A DNA stretch of 63,776 nucleotides, filler included. It is 7 parts of 7 records of this genome, joined end to end, with 100 filler letters (N's around TTAATTAATTAA, not from the genome) between each part and the next. Parts side by side here need not be neighbours in the genome. Positions count along the whole stretch, not along the records: positions 18,017 to 33,050 come from SRR31156797_70393; positions 33,151 to 39,524 come from SRR31156797_70476; positions 39,625 to 47,232 come from SRR31156797_70521; 4 more parts are not named here. One strand, given 5' to 3'. This document shows positions 29,124 to 40,160 of this stretch, piece by piece; positions within the stretch are counted from its first letter, which is position 1; each line of letters opens with the position of its first letter. The position numbers were made by a program, and so were the translations under genes. The notes beneath the pieces are model-generated. The model saw nothing but the letters and a program-made list of their open reading frames with translations. It searched no databases and had not been told where the DNA came from.

Positions 29124-30050
29124 CTAGTCAATACGTCTGTCGTAAGTTGCTTCCAACGCCTTAACCATCCGGGTAATGAGATCATTGACAGGTGTTGCCA
29201 CCCCGACCTCTCGCCCTTTGGCAACAATCGCCCCATTGATTACATCAATTTCAGTTGCAGCATGTCGCAAGGTATCCTGAAGCATACTGGCCCTGTTCGC
29301 TGCCGTATCCCGACACACCCTAACCACAGCTTCCATTGGATCACGATAAGGCAGCTTAATACCGAGGGTACCAGCAACAGCAGCCGCTTCACCCACGGCC
29401 TGCTCCATAATATCCTTACAGGCAGGGACCTCAGCCAAAACCCCGTTATGTACTCTGAGAAGTGCAGTCAGCGCATTAATTCCCACATTGACCAAGAGCT
29501 TCCCCCAGATCAACCCATTGGCATCTTCACTCAACCCACATTCTATTCCCGCTTGCTGAAAAAGCTGCTGCACCTGCTCAACCTTCTGCTGCCCAGGCAA
29601 ACCAGCAAGCCATGTCATCCCCATACCGGCATGGCGAGTATGCCCAGGGGCCACGACATTGGCAGCTTGGGCAGTAATCCCGGCCACAGCTGTTGGACAT
29701 CCGAAAACAGCATCAACCTGCTCCACGTTGCCCACCCCGTTTTGCAGAGTAACGACCACACCCTCTTGACTGAGCACAGCTTTTGCGGTCAATGCAGCAC
29801 TTTTGGTAGCATGACTCTTGGTAAAAATTACAGCCAAGTCTGCCTTACCCCGAAATTGTTCTACCCGACTGACCACCTCAACCTTAAACGTGTCCACAGC
29901 CCCGTCCATATCGGTAACAACAATCCCGTTGTTGCTGATACTCTCAACAATTTCTGGTTGAATATCAAACAACACAACCTCTGCAACACGCGACAGCCAT
30001 GCACCAAACAAACATCCCATGGCTCCGGCCCCAAAAATAATTACCCGCAT
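29124..30050 (-). CDS. panE: 2-dehydropantoate 2-reductase
   Basis: GAGAMG, TKS, LQNGVG, WGKLLVNVGIN and SMLQD-TEIDVING motifs. Confidence 0.95.
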   Translation of the reverse strand: MRVIIFGAGAMGCLFGAWLSRVAEVVLFDIQPEIVESISNNGIVVTDMDGAVDTFKVEVVSRVEQFRGKADLAVIFTKSHATKSAALTAKAVLSQEGVVVTLQNGVGNVEQVDAVFGCPTAVAGITAQAANVVAPGHTRHAGMGMTWLAGLPGQQKVEQVQQLFQQAGIECGLSEDANGLIWGKLLVNVGINALTALLRVHNGVLAEVPACKDIMEQAVGEAAAVAGTLGIKLPYRDPMEAVVRVCRDTAANRASMLQDTLRHAATEIDVINGAIVAKGREVGVATPVNDLITRMVKALEATYDRRID

Positions 30051-30119
30051 GCTCCCCCTCTTCTAAGGATCGTGTCGCTCTAAATTTCCATGCCTTAATC
30101 CACTACTAACCTAAAAAGG

Positions 30120-31136
30120 TCATTTACAGTGCATCATAACCAGGACTGTATCCAGCATTCGATTGGCATATCCCCATTCATTATCAAACCAGGCCATGAG
30201 ATTCACCAGCGTATCACCACTGATACTGGTCTGGGTACTGTCCAAAACAGCTGAGTGCGGATCATGATTAAAGTCACACGACACCAGTGGTAAATCCGTA
30301 TACCCCAACACCTGGTTCAACTCTCCGGCAGCCGACTGTTTAAACATCTCATTTATAGTATCGACGGTTGTCTGCTCTCGCACTACTGCCGTCAGCTGCA
30401 TTAAAGAGACATTCATGGTAGGCACTCGCAAAGAAACAGCTTTGAACCGACCTTGAAGATGAGGAAGCAAGCGGTCTATCCCTTTTGCCAGCCCGGTATC
30501 AACCGGGATAATCGAATTACCGGAACTCCTGCTTTTTCGCAGATCAGGATTATGATAGGCATCAATCACCGGCTGGTCATTCATCATGGAATGGGTGGTT
30601 GTGATGACCCCGCTTTCAACAAAACAGAGTTGATCGAGAATACGTATAACATGACTAATACAGTTGGTAGTACAAGATGCATTGGAAACGATTCGGTCCT
30701 CGGCGGTAAGCAATTCGTGGTTGAGTCCATAAACAATGGTTGCATCCACATCACTTTGAGCAGGACAGGAAAACAGAACCTTGCCAGCTCCGCTCTGCAG
30801 ATGCTGCTCTGCTACTAATCGATCACTGTAACTGCCGCTGCACTCTAAAACCACATCCACATCAAGATCTTTCCATGGCAGACGGGAGACATCTTTCTCA
30901 CAACTAATCTTTATGACATCATTGTTTACCACCAGGTTCGTCCCGTCACAGGTCACTGTGCCGCCAAATTTACCATGGGTTGAATCAAACTGTGTTAAAT
31001 GTGTTATGGAAGCCAGACTCGCCAATTCGTTAATAGCAACAATCTGTACCTGTTCCCTCTTCCCAGATTCATAAAGTGCACGCAAAATGCAGCGCCCTAT
31101 TCGCCCATATCCATTAATAGCAATACGAATACTCAT
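30120..31136 (-). CDS. epd: D-erythrose-4-phosphate dehydrogenase (GAPDH family, Epd type)
   Basis: RALYESGKR, AINELA, KVLFS, SNASCTTNC, HSMMNDQPVIDAYH, SIIPVDT and DFNHDPHS are Epd-type rather than GapA-type residues. Confidence 0.85.
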   Translation of the reverse strand: MSIRIAINGYGRIGRCILRALYESGKREQVQIVAINELASLASITHLTQFDSTHGKFGGTVTCDGTNLVVNNDVIKISCEKDVSRLPWKDLDVDVVLECSGSYSDRLVAEQHLQSGAGKVLFSCPAQSDVDATIVYGLNHELLTAEDRIVSNASCTTNCISHVIRILDQLCFVESGVITTTHSMMNDQPVIDAYHNPDLRKSRSSGNSIIPVDTGLAKGIDRLLPHLQGRFKAVSLRVPTMNVSLMQLTAVVREQTTVDTINEMFKQSAAGELNQVLGYTDLPLVSCDFNHDPHSAVLDSTQTSISGDTLVNLMAWFDNEWGYANRMLDTVLVMMHCK

Positions 31137-31443
31137 GAGTGTATTATTCCTGCAACTTCAAATTACTGATCCAACTTCTAACCCCACACCGCACCTTCCC
31201 AAATTCATCAACACCATGGCCGATACAGCTCATATACAAAAGAAAAAGAAATCTTGTTACCCCATAATGGCACTTTTTTCTCTTTTTAAGGACTAATAGG
31301 TAAAAATGACCATTTCTTTGGCTAAAAACAGGCTTCACTATACTGCCCGAAGCGAAAACTATCATGATAGTCAAAACAAATTTATTGCGGTACTGCCAAA
31401 GGGTATCAGAAAGGATAACCTTTGGCTCATAGTGTAACACTCC

Positions 31444-31950
31444 TTAGTTTTCAAGGGATTCACGCACCTTGTGCAATATGGATTGTATTGTAAAAGGTTT
31501 CTGCGCATAGGGTATTTCGCTATCGGCAGTATCTTGCAGGAAAATGATATCATCGGGGTAACCAGACATAAACATTACTCGGATATGGGGATACTCTTTT
31601 TTCATTCTCTCCACCAGTTCTCTACCATTCATTTCCGGCATGGCATCTTGAGCGTTTATAGCTGGATTCATAACCACCTGGTCCAACTGCCCCATGTCTC
31701 CCCACACTAACGGCAGGGTACCAGTAAGCTCTTTTTTGATCTCGATATCTTCCCTGATTGCCCTTCGCAGCAGTTTAATGAAATTTTCATCCAACTGATT
31801 AAGATCCACCTGTTTATAATCTAGCTTCTGCTTGCGGCTAAAGACCAGCAATTGACGGATGGGATCGCCTGCGTTTACAAACAGATATACCGCCACACAA
31901 GAAAGTGCACACCAAGCCTCCAAAAGAAACGCCTCTGCATAATTCAACAA
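31444..31950 (-). pseudogene. internally deleted hybrid histidine kinase/receiver remnant
   Basis: RQLLVFSRK...QVVMNPAINAQDAMP (N-box) is fused directly to EMNGRELVE...FMSGY...QKPF (second half of a receiver). No H-box, G-boxes or phospho-Asp. Confidence 0.8.
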
Positions 31951-32132
31951 GAATACTCATCAACAAACACAGAGTCGTTGCGATGACTCCTATTTCCTAT
32001 AATTACAAACAATTCCCTTTGAATACTTGCTATTGACCACCCGTTTTTGATAAACTAATAGTTTAAAGTGTTCAACAAAGGCGGACGAATCATCATACAA
32101 ACAACCTATTAGTACTTTGCGTATTACAAACC

Positions 32133-33050
32133 ATGAGCGGCAACAGCAAAAACACTTCCTCTCCAGGCAATCGCTCCATTCCTACCTCGGCAGGACGACC
32201 TGAGAAACCTGCTCTTCCCCACCCCCCTGAACAATTTCTTAACATCATTGAAAAAGGGAAAAAGGAATGGGAAAAAACCGTTGATGCCATTGATGACATC
32301 ATCACTATTTTGGATAGGGAGATGCGAATCATCAGGGCCAACAAAGCCGCCCATCAGGTGTTCAATTACAAAATTGGGGAACTGGTCGGCATGAAATGCC
32401 ACCAAGCCTTTTATAGCAACACTGAACCGTGCGAAGATTGTCCCATTTTAAAAACCTTAGAAAAGGCTGAGAAACATCGCTCCTGCAAGTGGTTTGCACA
32501 ATCGGACAAGACCTTCGACATTTCAGGCTCCCCTGTAGTTGACGAACAAGGGCAACTCAGCATGATCGTGCACATTGCCCGCGACATCACTAATAGCATC
32601 CGCCAGGAATCTGAAAGTAAAAAACTGACCACCGCAATCGAGCAGGCATCAGAAGCCATTATTGTTACCGATTACCATGGAACGATTCAGTATACCAATC
32701 ATGCATTCACCCTGATAACCGGATACTCCAACCAAGAGGCTGTTGGCAGTAACATACGTATCCTGAAAAGCGGTAAACATGATCCCGCCTTTTATGAACA
32801 ATTATGGTACCACCTGATGCAGGGAAATGTTTGGAAAGGAAGATTCATCAATAAAAGAAAGGACAATACGCTCTACTCAGAGGAATCAACGATCTCGCCA
32901 ATCATTGATGGAGAAGGAAAAATAACTTCTTTTGTGGCGGTTAAACGGGATGTCAGCAAAGAGGAAGCCGTTGAAAAAAAATTACAGCAGGCAATGAAGC
33001 TTGAAGCGATATCCACCCTTGCAGGCGGCATCGCCCATGATTTCAACAAT
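32133..33050 (+). CDS. PAS-PAS sensor histidine kinase (3' truncated)
   Basis: Two PAS/PAC domains and H-box LAGGIAHDFNN at the contig end. Confidence 0.92.
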
Positions 33051-33150
33051 NNNNNNNNNNNNNNNNNNNNNNNNNNNNNNNNNNNNNNNNNNNNTTAATT
33101 AATTAANNNNNNNNNNNNNNNNNNNNNNNNNNNNNNNNNNNNNNNNNNNN
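33051..33150. other. artificial contig linker
   Basis: N-run + TTAATTAATTAA + N-run. Confidence 0.98.
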
Positions 33151-33389
33151 AGAGCGTCAAGAACGGGAATCATATGGTCGCCATCCCGACCTGACGAAAT
33201 CAACCCGATTCCATGACTTGCGCATCGTCGGCTTCCTTCAATAAGAGTATTTATTTCCGATGCTGATAAAAACTCTCTTTCGCACAGTTCCAAAGCCCTT
33301 TGCAACGTCCATGTATCGCTTACCAATGCTCCCTGAATCCGCCCCATAACCTGCTCCATAATTACTTGATGATCCAGCCGTACCATCAC
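33151..33389 (-). CDS. possible N-terminus of a hypothetical protein (truncated)
   Basis: Open frame running into the gap. No motif recognised. Confidence 0.35.
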
Positions 33390-33668
33390 GGCTTATTAAA
33401 CATTTCATAAAGCAACTTGCGGGCCATGATCGCACCGAATCAGGGTCGACGCCATAACGTGCTGTTTATTATGATATATTCACACAACAAACATGCGGTT
33501 ATACCGCCTTTTTCAGCATTATGGATAGCAACGGAACGGCAAAAAATGCCTTCCCGCCTACAAGCCGGCCCGCCCAATTTTGGCCTTCTGGGTTTCATAA
33601 AATAATGGGTGTCTTAATATATTTGATTTATTGCTGGAATTGAAGATTGTGGTGTAGTCGAATTATAG

Positions 33669-33697
33669 TTGACATGAAGCTATAACGTAGCTACTAT
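33669..33697 (+). promoter_or_regulatory. sigma70 promoter with a palindrome in the spacer
   Basis: TTGACA-17 nt-TACTAT with AGCTA-TAACG-TAGCT inverted repeat. Confidence 0.65.
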
Positions 33698-33855
33698 TAA
33701 ATTGATTCAACAAAAACGGGCGGCATGCGACGACTTCAGACCGGATAAAGCAACGGAACTAATTTTGGCGGCCCTGTCTTCTAATAGACCCTTTCGGCGA
33801 CAGCCGCTTTGCGAATGTCCGCAAATAAATTCCGCGGATTACGAGGAGAATACGC

Positions 33856-36441
33856 ATGAATTATATTGACAGGCTGATTGATATTGTCGGTCGGGAAAAC
33901 CTGACCAACAACGAAATTGATTGTTTAAGCTATTCACGGGACATGTCGGTTCACGTCGGCGCCCCCGATGTGATTGTTTTTCCCGAAACAGCAGAACAAA
34001 TAGTGGAAATCGTCAAAGTCGCCGCCGAGGAGAAGATTCCGGTCATCCCCCGCGGCAGCGGAACGAGCGTGACCGGAGCGGCCCTGTCTCCCCTGGGCGG
34101 CATCCTGCTGGACCTGGTAAAAATGAACAAGGTCGTGGAAATCAATTTAAAGGATGGATACGCACGGGTTCAACCCGGCGTGGTCTGCAATCACCTGAAC
34201 AACCAGCTGGCGCCTTCGCACTTTTTTCCGCCCGACCCCGGGAGCGCCCCCATCGCCAGCATAGGCGGCATGATATCCACCAACGCCAGCGGCGTGCGCG
34301 CGGTTAAATACGGCACGACCAAAGACTTTGTAATGGGCCTGAAAGTCGTTATGCCCGACGGTTCATTGATTGAAACCGGAACCGTGGCCCCCAAGCATTC
34401 GACCGGGTTCGATCTGACCCACCTTTTCATATCGGCCGAAGGCACGCTGGGAGTCATTGTCGAAGCAGTCGTTAAAATCCTGCCCGTGCCCGAATACTGG
34501 AAATTCGCCAAAATAGATTTTCCATCCCTGGAAGCGGCCGGCGACGCGGTGGAAGAAATGCTCACCACCGGTCTGCCCATCGCTACCTGCGAAGTCCTGG
34601 ACCGTGTTTCCCTGGATATTGTGGCTGATAAACTCGGCGTCGAGTACCCAGCCGAAGTCCTCTGCCAGATACTTCTTGAAATTGACGGCAACAAATCAGC
34701 CGTTGAAGGCGACGCCGAAAAGATCACGGATATTTCAAAAAAACATAATGCCATTGAAGTCAACTGGACAACCGACCCAACCGAGCGGGCCGCCCTGTCC
34801 AAAGTGCGCCACGGCCTTGTGCCGGCCATGAGCCGGATCAAGCCCTTCCACCGTCTCGTGCCCCTGGTGGAAGACTTCGGCGTTCCCATGACCGCTATCC
34901 CGGCCACCATCAGAGGCATCCAGGAAATAGGCGACCGTTACGGCTACCCCATCGCCACTTTCGGCCATATCGGGGACGGCAACCTCCACGCCACCTTTAT
35001 CATGGACGTGCGGAATCCGGATGAGTGGGCCACGGTCAAGGACATTGCCCTGGAATTCATCGACCTGACCATGAAACACAACGGCACCCTTTGCGCTGAA
35101 CATGGTTTGGGCATGGCCAAAAGCCCGTATATTGACCGCGAACTTGGCGGCGCCGTCGAAGTTATGAAAAAAATCAAGAACGCTCTCGACCCGGACAATA
35201 TATTCAATCCCGGCAAGCTTGTTTTTGACGGGGCCATTTCCGACATACTTGAAAAGAGCGCTTTTGACGCCCTGCTTGAAAAGGGTGAAGGCTTAAAGAC
35301 ATTCGGCGAAGAAATCGACAACGAAATTCTGGCCTGTATCCAGTGCGGATTCTGCCAGGCCGGCTGCCCCACTTACGCCCAGACCAAGCTCGAATCCTTA
35401 AACGCACGGGGCCGAGTCATACTGGCTTATAATATGCTTACCGAACAGATCCCCCCGTCCGACGACCTGGCCCGCCGCATCTACCAGTGCATGATGTGCC
35501 AGAACTGCAAGTATACCTGCCCGGCAGGGGTAAACCTGTCGGAAATCATACATTCCGCCAGGGAAAGACTGACTGTGGAAGGCTGTCTGCCCGAAATACA
35601 TCAGAAGCTTATTGAAGGCATCGCTCAATACGGCAACCCGTTCAGCGAGGCGCCTGAAAAACGGACCGATATTTTCCCTGAATCCTTTGCCAAAAAGGAA
35701 CAGGCGGACACGCTTCTCTATTTGGGCTGCGTATCCTCTTACCAGGATTTAAAGATCATTCCTTCGATAATGAAGGCGGCTGAAAGCGCGGGCGAAGATT
35801 TTACAGCCCTGGGCGAAGATGAGGTCTGTTGCGGGTATTTGGCCTACCTGGTCGGGGACATGGAATCCTTCAAAACCTGCATGAATAATGTAATGGATCG
35901 CATCAGGAAAACAGGGGCCAAACAGGTCGCGGCCACCTGCGCCGGCTGTTACAAGACCTTGCACGATCTCTATCCCAAGTACGGGGGCGACTTTGGCGAT
36001 GTCAAGATCCTGCACGCCATAGAATACCTGGAAGACTTGATTGGTAAAGGCAAGCTGGAGCTGAAAAGCAAGGATAAGCCCCTGAAGGTCGTGTATCACG
36101 ATCCCTGCGATATCGGCCGGCACATGCAGATGTACGAACCGCCCAGGAACGTTCTTAAATCTATCCCGGACGTGGAGCTGGTCGAATTTCCTCTTAACAG
36201 AAACATGGCCAAATGCTGCGGAGGCGGAGGCGGAGTCAAGGCTTTCGACAATCCTCTTAGCGGCGACATTGCCTTTGAAAGGGTTTCCCAGGCCCTGGGA
36301 CTCGGTGCGGACGTAATCGTATCGGCCTGCCCTTCCTGTAAAAACAGCCTTAACCAGGGAGCGGCCCGGGCGCGCAAGGAAAAGAAGGGTAAAATTAAAG
36401 TTATGGATCTGACCGAACTGGTATCGTCCCGTCTGGCCTGA
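33856..36441 (+). CDS. fused FAD-linked 2-hydroxyacid oxidoreductase (GlcD-like) + Fe-S/CCG (GlcF/HdrD-like)
   Basis: PRGSGTS, FGHIGDGNLH, AEHGLG and NPGK motifs. CIQCGFC-CP and CMMCQNC-CP ferredoxin motifs, two CCG domains. Confidence 0.92.
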   Translation: MNYIDRLIDIVGRENLTNNEIDCLSYSRDMSVHVGAPDVIVFPETAEQIVEIVKVAAEEKIPVIPRGSGTSVTGAALSPLGGILLDLVKMNKVVEINLKDGYARVQPGVVCNHLNNQLAPSHFFPPDPGSAPIASIGGMISTNASGVRAVKYGTTKDFVMGLKVVMPDGSLIETGTVAPKHSTGFDLTHLFISAEGTLGVIVEAVVKILPVPEYWKFAKIDFPSLEAAGDAVEEMLTTGLPIATCEVLDRVSLDIVADKLGVEYPAEVLCQILLEIDGNKSAVEGDAEKITDISKKHNAIEVNWTTDPTERAALSKVRHGLVPAMSRIKPFHRLVPLVEDFGVPMTAIPATIRGIQEIGDRYGYPIATFGHIGDGNLHATFIMDVRNPDEWATVKDIALEFIDLTMKHNGTLCAEHGLGMAKSPYIDRELGGAVEVMKKIKNALDPDNIFNPGKLVFDGAISDILEKSAFDALLEKGEGLKTFGEEIDNEILACIQCGFCQAGCPTYAQTKLESLNARGRVILAYNMLTEQIPPSDDLARRIYQCMMCQNCKYTCPAGVNLSEIIHSARERLTVEGCLPEIHQKLIEGIAQYGNPFSEAPEKRTDIFPESFAKKEQADTLLYLGCVSSYQDLKIIPSIMKAAESAGEDFTALGEDEVCCGYLAYLVGDMESFKTCMNNVMDRIRKTGAKQVAATCAGCYKTLHDLYPKYGGDFGDVKILHAIEYLEDLIGKGKLELKSKDKPLKVVYHDPCDIGRHMQMYEPPRNVLKSIPDVELVEFPLNRNMAKCCGGGGGVKAFDNPLSGDIAFERVSQALGLGADVIVSACPSCKNSLNQGAARARKEKKGKIKVMDLTELVSSRLA

Positions 36442-36470
36442 TGCCGGACAGCCTGGAGAGGGGCTCATAA

Positions 36471-37706
36471 ATGTCAGAGGAACAAAAACGCAAGCAGATC
36501 AAAGCGACAAAACTATGCCGGCAAATAATGGCCGATCATTTCAAGGAGCTTGACGAAGCAGCCAGGACCGGATCGGCCAAAATCGCGTGGTGCACGAGCG
36601 TCGGCCCGGCCGAGCTACTCCGTTCCATGGGATACCTTGTTTATTTTCCGGAAAACCACAGCGCCATGCTGGGGGCGACCCGCATGGCCACGGACCTTAT
36701 TCCAACAGCTAACGCCATCGGGTACTCGCCGGACATCTGTTCGTACCTGACAGCGGATATAGGTTCGTACCTGCGCAAGCAGACCCCATTGATCACTGCC
36801 TACGGCATGGACGGGCCGCCCAGGCCGGACGTGCTGGTGTACAACACCAACCAGTGCCGGGACGTCCAGGACTGGTTTTCCTGGTACAGCAAGGAATACA
36901 ACGTTCCTTCCGTTGGAGTGGTCACCCAGAGGAGTGTGGGCCCGGTCATGAAAAACCATATCGAAGACCAGGTCGCCCAGATGAAAGCCATGCTCCCCGT
37001 CCTGGAAGAAGTATCAGGGAACAAGCTCGACATGGACAGGCTGAAAGAAACCGTGTTCGAATCATTGGCTACTACCGAACTCTGGCGGGCCGTGCTGGAA
37101 ACCGGCGCGGCCAGGCCTTCTCCCCTGACATTTTTCGACGCCACAATCCTGATGGGACCGGCCGTGGTCGCTCGAGGAACAAAGCAGGCCACGGATTATT
37201 ATCGCCTTCTGCTGGATGAATTAAATCAGAAAATTTCGGACAACGAAGCCGCGATTGACGATGAGTCTTTTCGAATCTACTGGGACGGCATGCCCATCTG
37301 GGGCAAGCTCAGGCCTTTGTCTGAACTGTTCTCCGGGCTTAAAGCCTGCGTGGTTGCGTCGACTTATTGCAACTCGTGGATATTCAGCGGCTTTGATCCG
37401 GATAATCCGTTTGAAGGCATGGCCAGGGCCTATATTGAACTTTTTATCGTGCGCAACGACGAATACAAGGAAGAATACATCAGGAACTGCGTGAAGTTTT
37501 ACGATGTGGACGGCCTTATTTTTCACGATGCCAAAACATGTCCCAATAATACCAACTGCAGGTACGGCATGCCTCAACGGCTGACGGAAGAACTCGGCCT
37601 GCCCAACCTGACGATTCATGGAGACCTTAACGACCTGCGCTGCTATTCGGAAGAGCAGGCTGTTACCAATATTGAAGCCTTTATAGAACAGCTCGCGGAA
37701 AGATAA
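36471..37706 (+). CDS. 2-hydroxyacyl-CoA dehydratase subunit (HgdA/B, FldB/C, BcrB/C family)
   Basis: GPAELL-FPEN, YSPDICSY, NTNQC, VDGLIFH-KTC and IEAFIE motifs. Confidence 0.9.
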   Translation: MSEEQKRKQIKATKLCRQIMADHFKELDEAARTGSAKIAWCTSVGPAELLRSMGYLVYFPENHSAMLGATRMATDLIPTANAIGYSPDICSYLTADIGSYLRKQTPLITAYGMDGPPRPDVLVYNTNQCRDVQDWFSWYSKEYNVPSVGVVTQRSVGPVMKNHIEDQVAQMKAMLPVLEEVSGNKLDMDRLKETVFESLATTELWRAVLETGAARPSPLTFFDATILMGPAVVARGTKQATDYYRLLLDELNQKISDNEAAIDDESFRIYWDGMPIWGKLRPLSELFSGLKACVVASTYCNSWIFSGFDPDNPFEGMARAYIELFIVRNDEYKEEYIRNCVKFYDVDGLIFHDAKTCPNNTNCRYGMPQRLTEELGLPNLTIHGDLNDLRCYSEEQAVTNIEAFIEQLAER

Positions 37707-37741
37707 ACCGGGCCGACCTTCATAAGTGGAAAGCTTTTCAT

Positions 37742-38548
37742 TTGAACGCTGACGAAAAATACTTTGCAGGAATAGACATCGGCGCTTCCACGGCCAAGGC
37801 GGTTATCATTGATTCCCAAGGGGAGATCGCCTCATTCGCCGTTTCCAAGTCCGGCACGGATTTCAGCGCCAAGGCCGAAACCCTTCTTGACCGGATATTG
37901 GATGAAGCAGGCCTTGGCCGCCACAGTTTGGGCGGCAGCATATCAACCGGGTACGGGCGACGTAATGTGGATTTCGCCGACGGGACCAGGACCGAGATCA
38001 GTTGTCATGCCTCGGCCTGTTATTTTTATTACCCCCAGGCCTTGACCGTTATAGACATCGGCGGCCAGGACAACAAAATAATAAAAGTAGACGCCCGCGG
38101 TCAGCGAACCGGGTTCAAGATGAACCGAAAATGCGCGGCCGGCACCGGGGCCTTTTTGGAAGAAATGGCGTACAGGCTGGACCTGCCGCTGGGAGAAATG
38201 GACGTCCTGGCCCGGCAGGCGGAAACCGAAGTCGAATTGGGAAGCTTTTGCACTGTTTTCACGGCCACGGAAATACTGGAAAAAATCCGGGCCGGATTCA
38301 AGGTGCCCGATATTGTCCGAGGGATATACAAATCAATTGCCAAGCGCATAATGGAAATGGATACCATCACGGATACTCCGGTCATGTCCGGCGGCGTGGC
38401 CGCGCATAATCCCATATTGGTGGATATTATAAGCGAAATGCTGGGCCGGAAAATATACGTTCCGCCGCGGCCTCAATTAATGGGCGCTGTGGGGGCGGCT
38501 CTTTTCGCCAGGCAGAACGGCGAAAAACCGGCGGAAGTAACGGAATAA
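37742..38548 (+). CDS. ATP-dependent dehydratase activase (HgdC/BadF/BcrA family)
   Basis: GIDIGASTAK, STGYGR, DIGGQDNK, MNRKCAAGTG and CTVF motifs. Confidence 0.93.
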   Translation: MNADEKYFAGIDIGASTAKAVIIDSQGEIASFAVSKSGTDFSAKAETLLDRILDEAGLGRHSLGGSISTGYGRRNVDFADGTRTEISCHASACYFYYPQALTVIDIGGQDNKIIKVDARGQRTGFKMNRKCAAGTGAFLEEMAYRLDLPLGEMDVLARQAETEVELGSFCTVFTATEILEKIRAGFKVPDIVRGIYKSIAKRIMEMDTITDTPVMSGGVAAHNPILVDIISEMLGRKIYVPPRPQLMGAVGAALFARQNGEKPAEVTE

Positions 38549-38573
38549 GGTTAATAACAGGGAGGACCATTAT

Positions 38574-39524
38574 ATGAGCAGATGGTTGAATGCAGGTGAA
38601 ATTCTTAGAATCAACGCCAAATTAATGCCGGATAAACTTGGGGCCAAGGACCTCAAGCGCAGCATGACGTTCAAGGAGTGGAACGACAGAACCTGCCGAC
38701 TGGCCAACGGGCTCCTGGCCATGGGCCTGACAAAAGGGGATCGTTTCGCCATTCTTGCCTACAATTGCGTTGAATGGATGGAAATGTACGCCGCCGCGGC
38801 CAAGGCCGGCCTTGTGGCCGTTCCCATCATGTTCAGGCTGACTCCGAACGAATACAGTTACATTCTGAAGGATTCCGGCGCCAAGGCCATTATCGTTGAA
38901 AAGCCTTTTGTTGAAGGCGTGGATACGCTTCGCAACGAATTATCGGAAATGAAGAACTTCATTTTCATGGGCGAAGGGGATGCGCCCGAAGGATACGATC
39001 ATTACGAGGACATCATAAGCCGCTCGTCGCCCGACGAGCCCGGCGTTGAAGTCAACCATCAGGATGTCTGGACTTTCATGTACACTTCCGGCACTACCGG
39101 CAAACCCAAGGGCGCGGTCCGGACGCACGAAAGCTACATTGCCTTTTATGTTCTCAATGTGGCTGAAATGGGCTTCAACCGGGACGACCTCGGCCTGTTG
39201 GTCATGCCCATGTGCCATGTAAACTCTATCTTTTACTCCTTCTCTTTCACCTATGCCCAGGCCGGCGTATGCGTTTACAACCTGGTCAGCTTTGACCCGG
39301 AGCATATGCTCAAAACCCTGGCCGAACAAAAGATCACTTTTACATCCCTTGTCCCGACCCATTACATAATGATGCTGTCCTTGCCGGAAGACGTAAAAAA
39401 CAAATACGACGTATCCTGTGTACGCAAGCTCCTGTGTTCTTCCGCTCCGGCGCGAAAGGATACAAAACTGGCCATTCTGGACCATTTCAAGAATTCGGAA
39501 TTATACGAGGCTTACGGGTCGACC
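38574..39524 (+). CDS. AMP-dependent acyl-CoA synthetase (3' truncated)
   Basis: MYTSGTTGKPKG and YEAYGST motifs. Confidence 0.93.
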
Positions 39525-39624
39525 NNNNNNNNNNNNNNNNNNNNNNNNNNNNNNNNNNNNNNNNNNNNTTAATTAATTAANNNNNNNNNNNNNNNNNNNN
39601 NNNNNNNNNNNNNNNNNNNNNNNN
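39525..39624. other. artificial contig linker
   Basis: N-run + TTAATTAATTAA + N-run. Confidence 0.98.
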
Positions 39625-40072
39625 GATCCAGAACGTTCTCATCGGTGTGATCGCGTTCTTCCTGGCCCTCTATTTCACCACCCGGGTCGAGGCGGAAGAG
39701 ACCGGGGCAAAGGTCGGCGCCGTTGAGATCTGGTACCGGTTTCCGAAATTCGTCATCGGGTTTATCCTGGCTTCCGTGGTATTTTCCTTTATCTATACAA
39801 GCTACAATGCCGATACGAACATGCTGGGGCGGGCCATGATTGACAAGGGCGCCATCAAGGGCATGAGCGATCTGTTCAGAAAGTGGTTCTTTACCCTGTC
39901 ATTCGTCAGCATCGGTCTTGCCACCAATTTCCGGGAACTCAAAGAGTATTTCAAGGGCGGCAAACCCCTTATCCTCTATGTGTTTGGTCAGTCCCTCAAT
40001 CTGATCCTGACCCTGGTCATGGCGTATATCATGTTTTACGTGGTATTCCCCGAGCTCACCGCAACTATTTAA
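39625..40072 (+). CDS. YeiH/putative sulfate exporter family, C-terminal part
   Basis: IQNVLIG, IWYRFPKFVIGF and WFFTLSFVSIGLATNF motifs. Confidence 0.85.
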
Positions 40073-40160
40073 GTAAACAAAGCAATCCTCTTTTCCTGCT
40101 CCGGCGGATACCCGTCCGCCGGGGCAGGGAACCTGGTTTTCAGCATCAAGGAGATTTACC

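Noticed and set aside
29109-30083. 324-aa + strand ORF
   Set aside because: Antisense shadow of panE.
31144-31440. 98-aa minus-strand ORF upstream of epd
   Set aside because: AT-rich intergenic sequence with no motif or convincing RBS.
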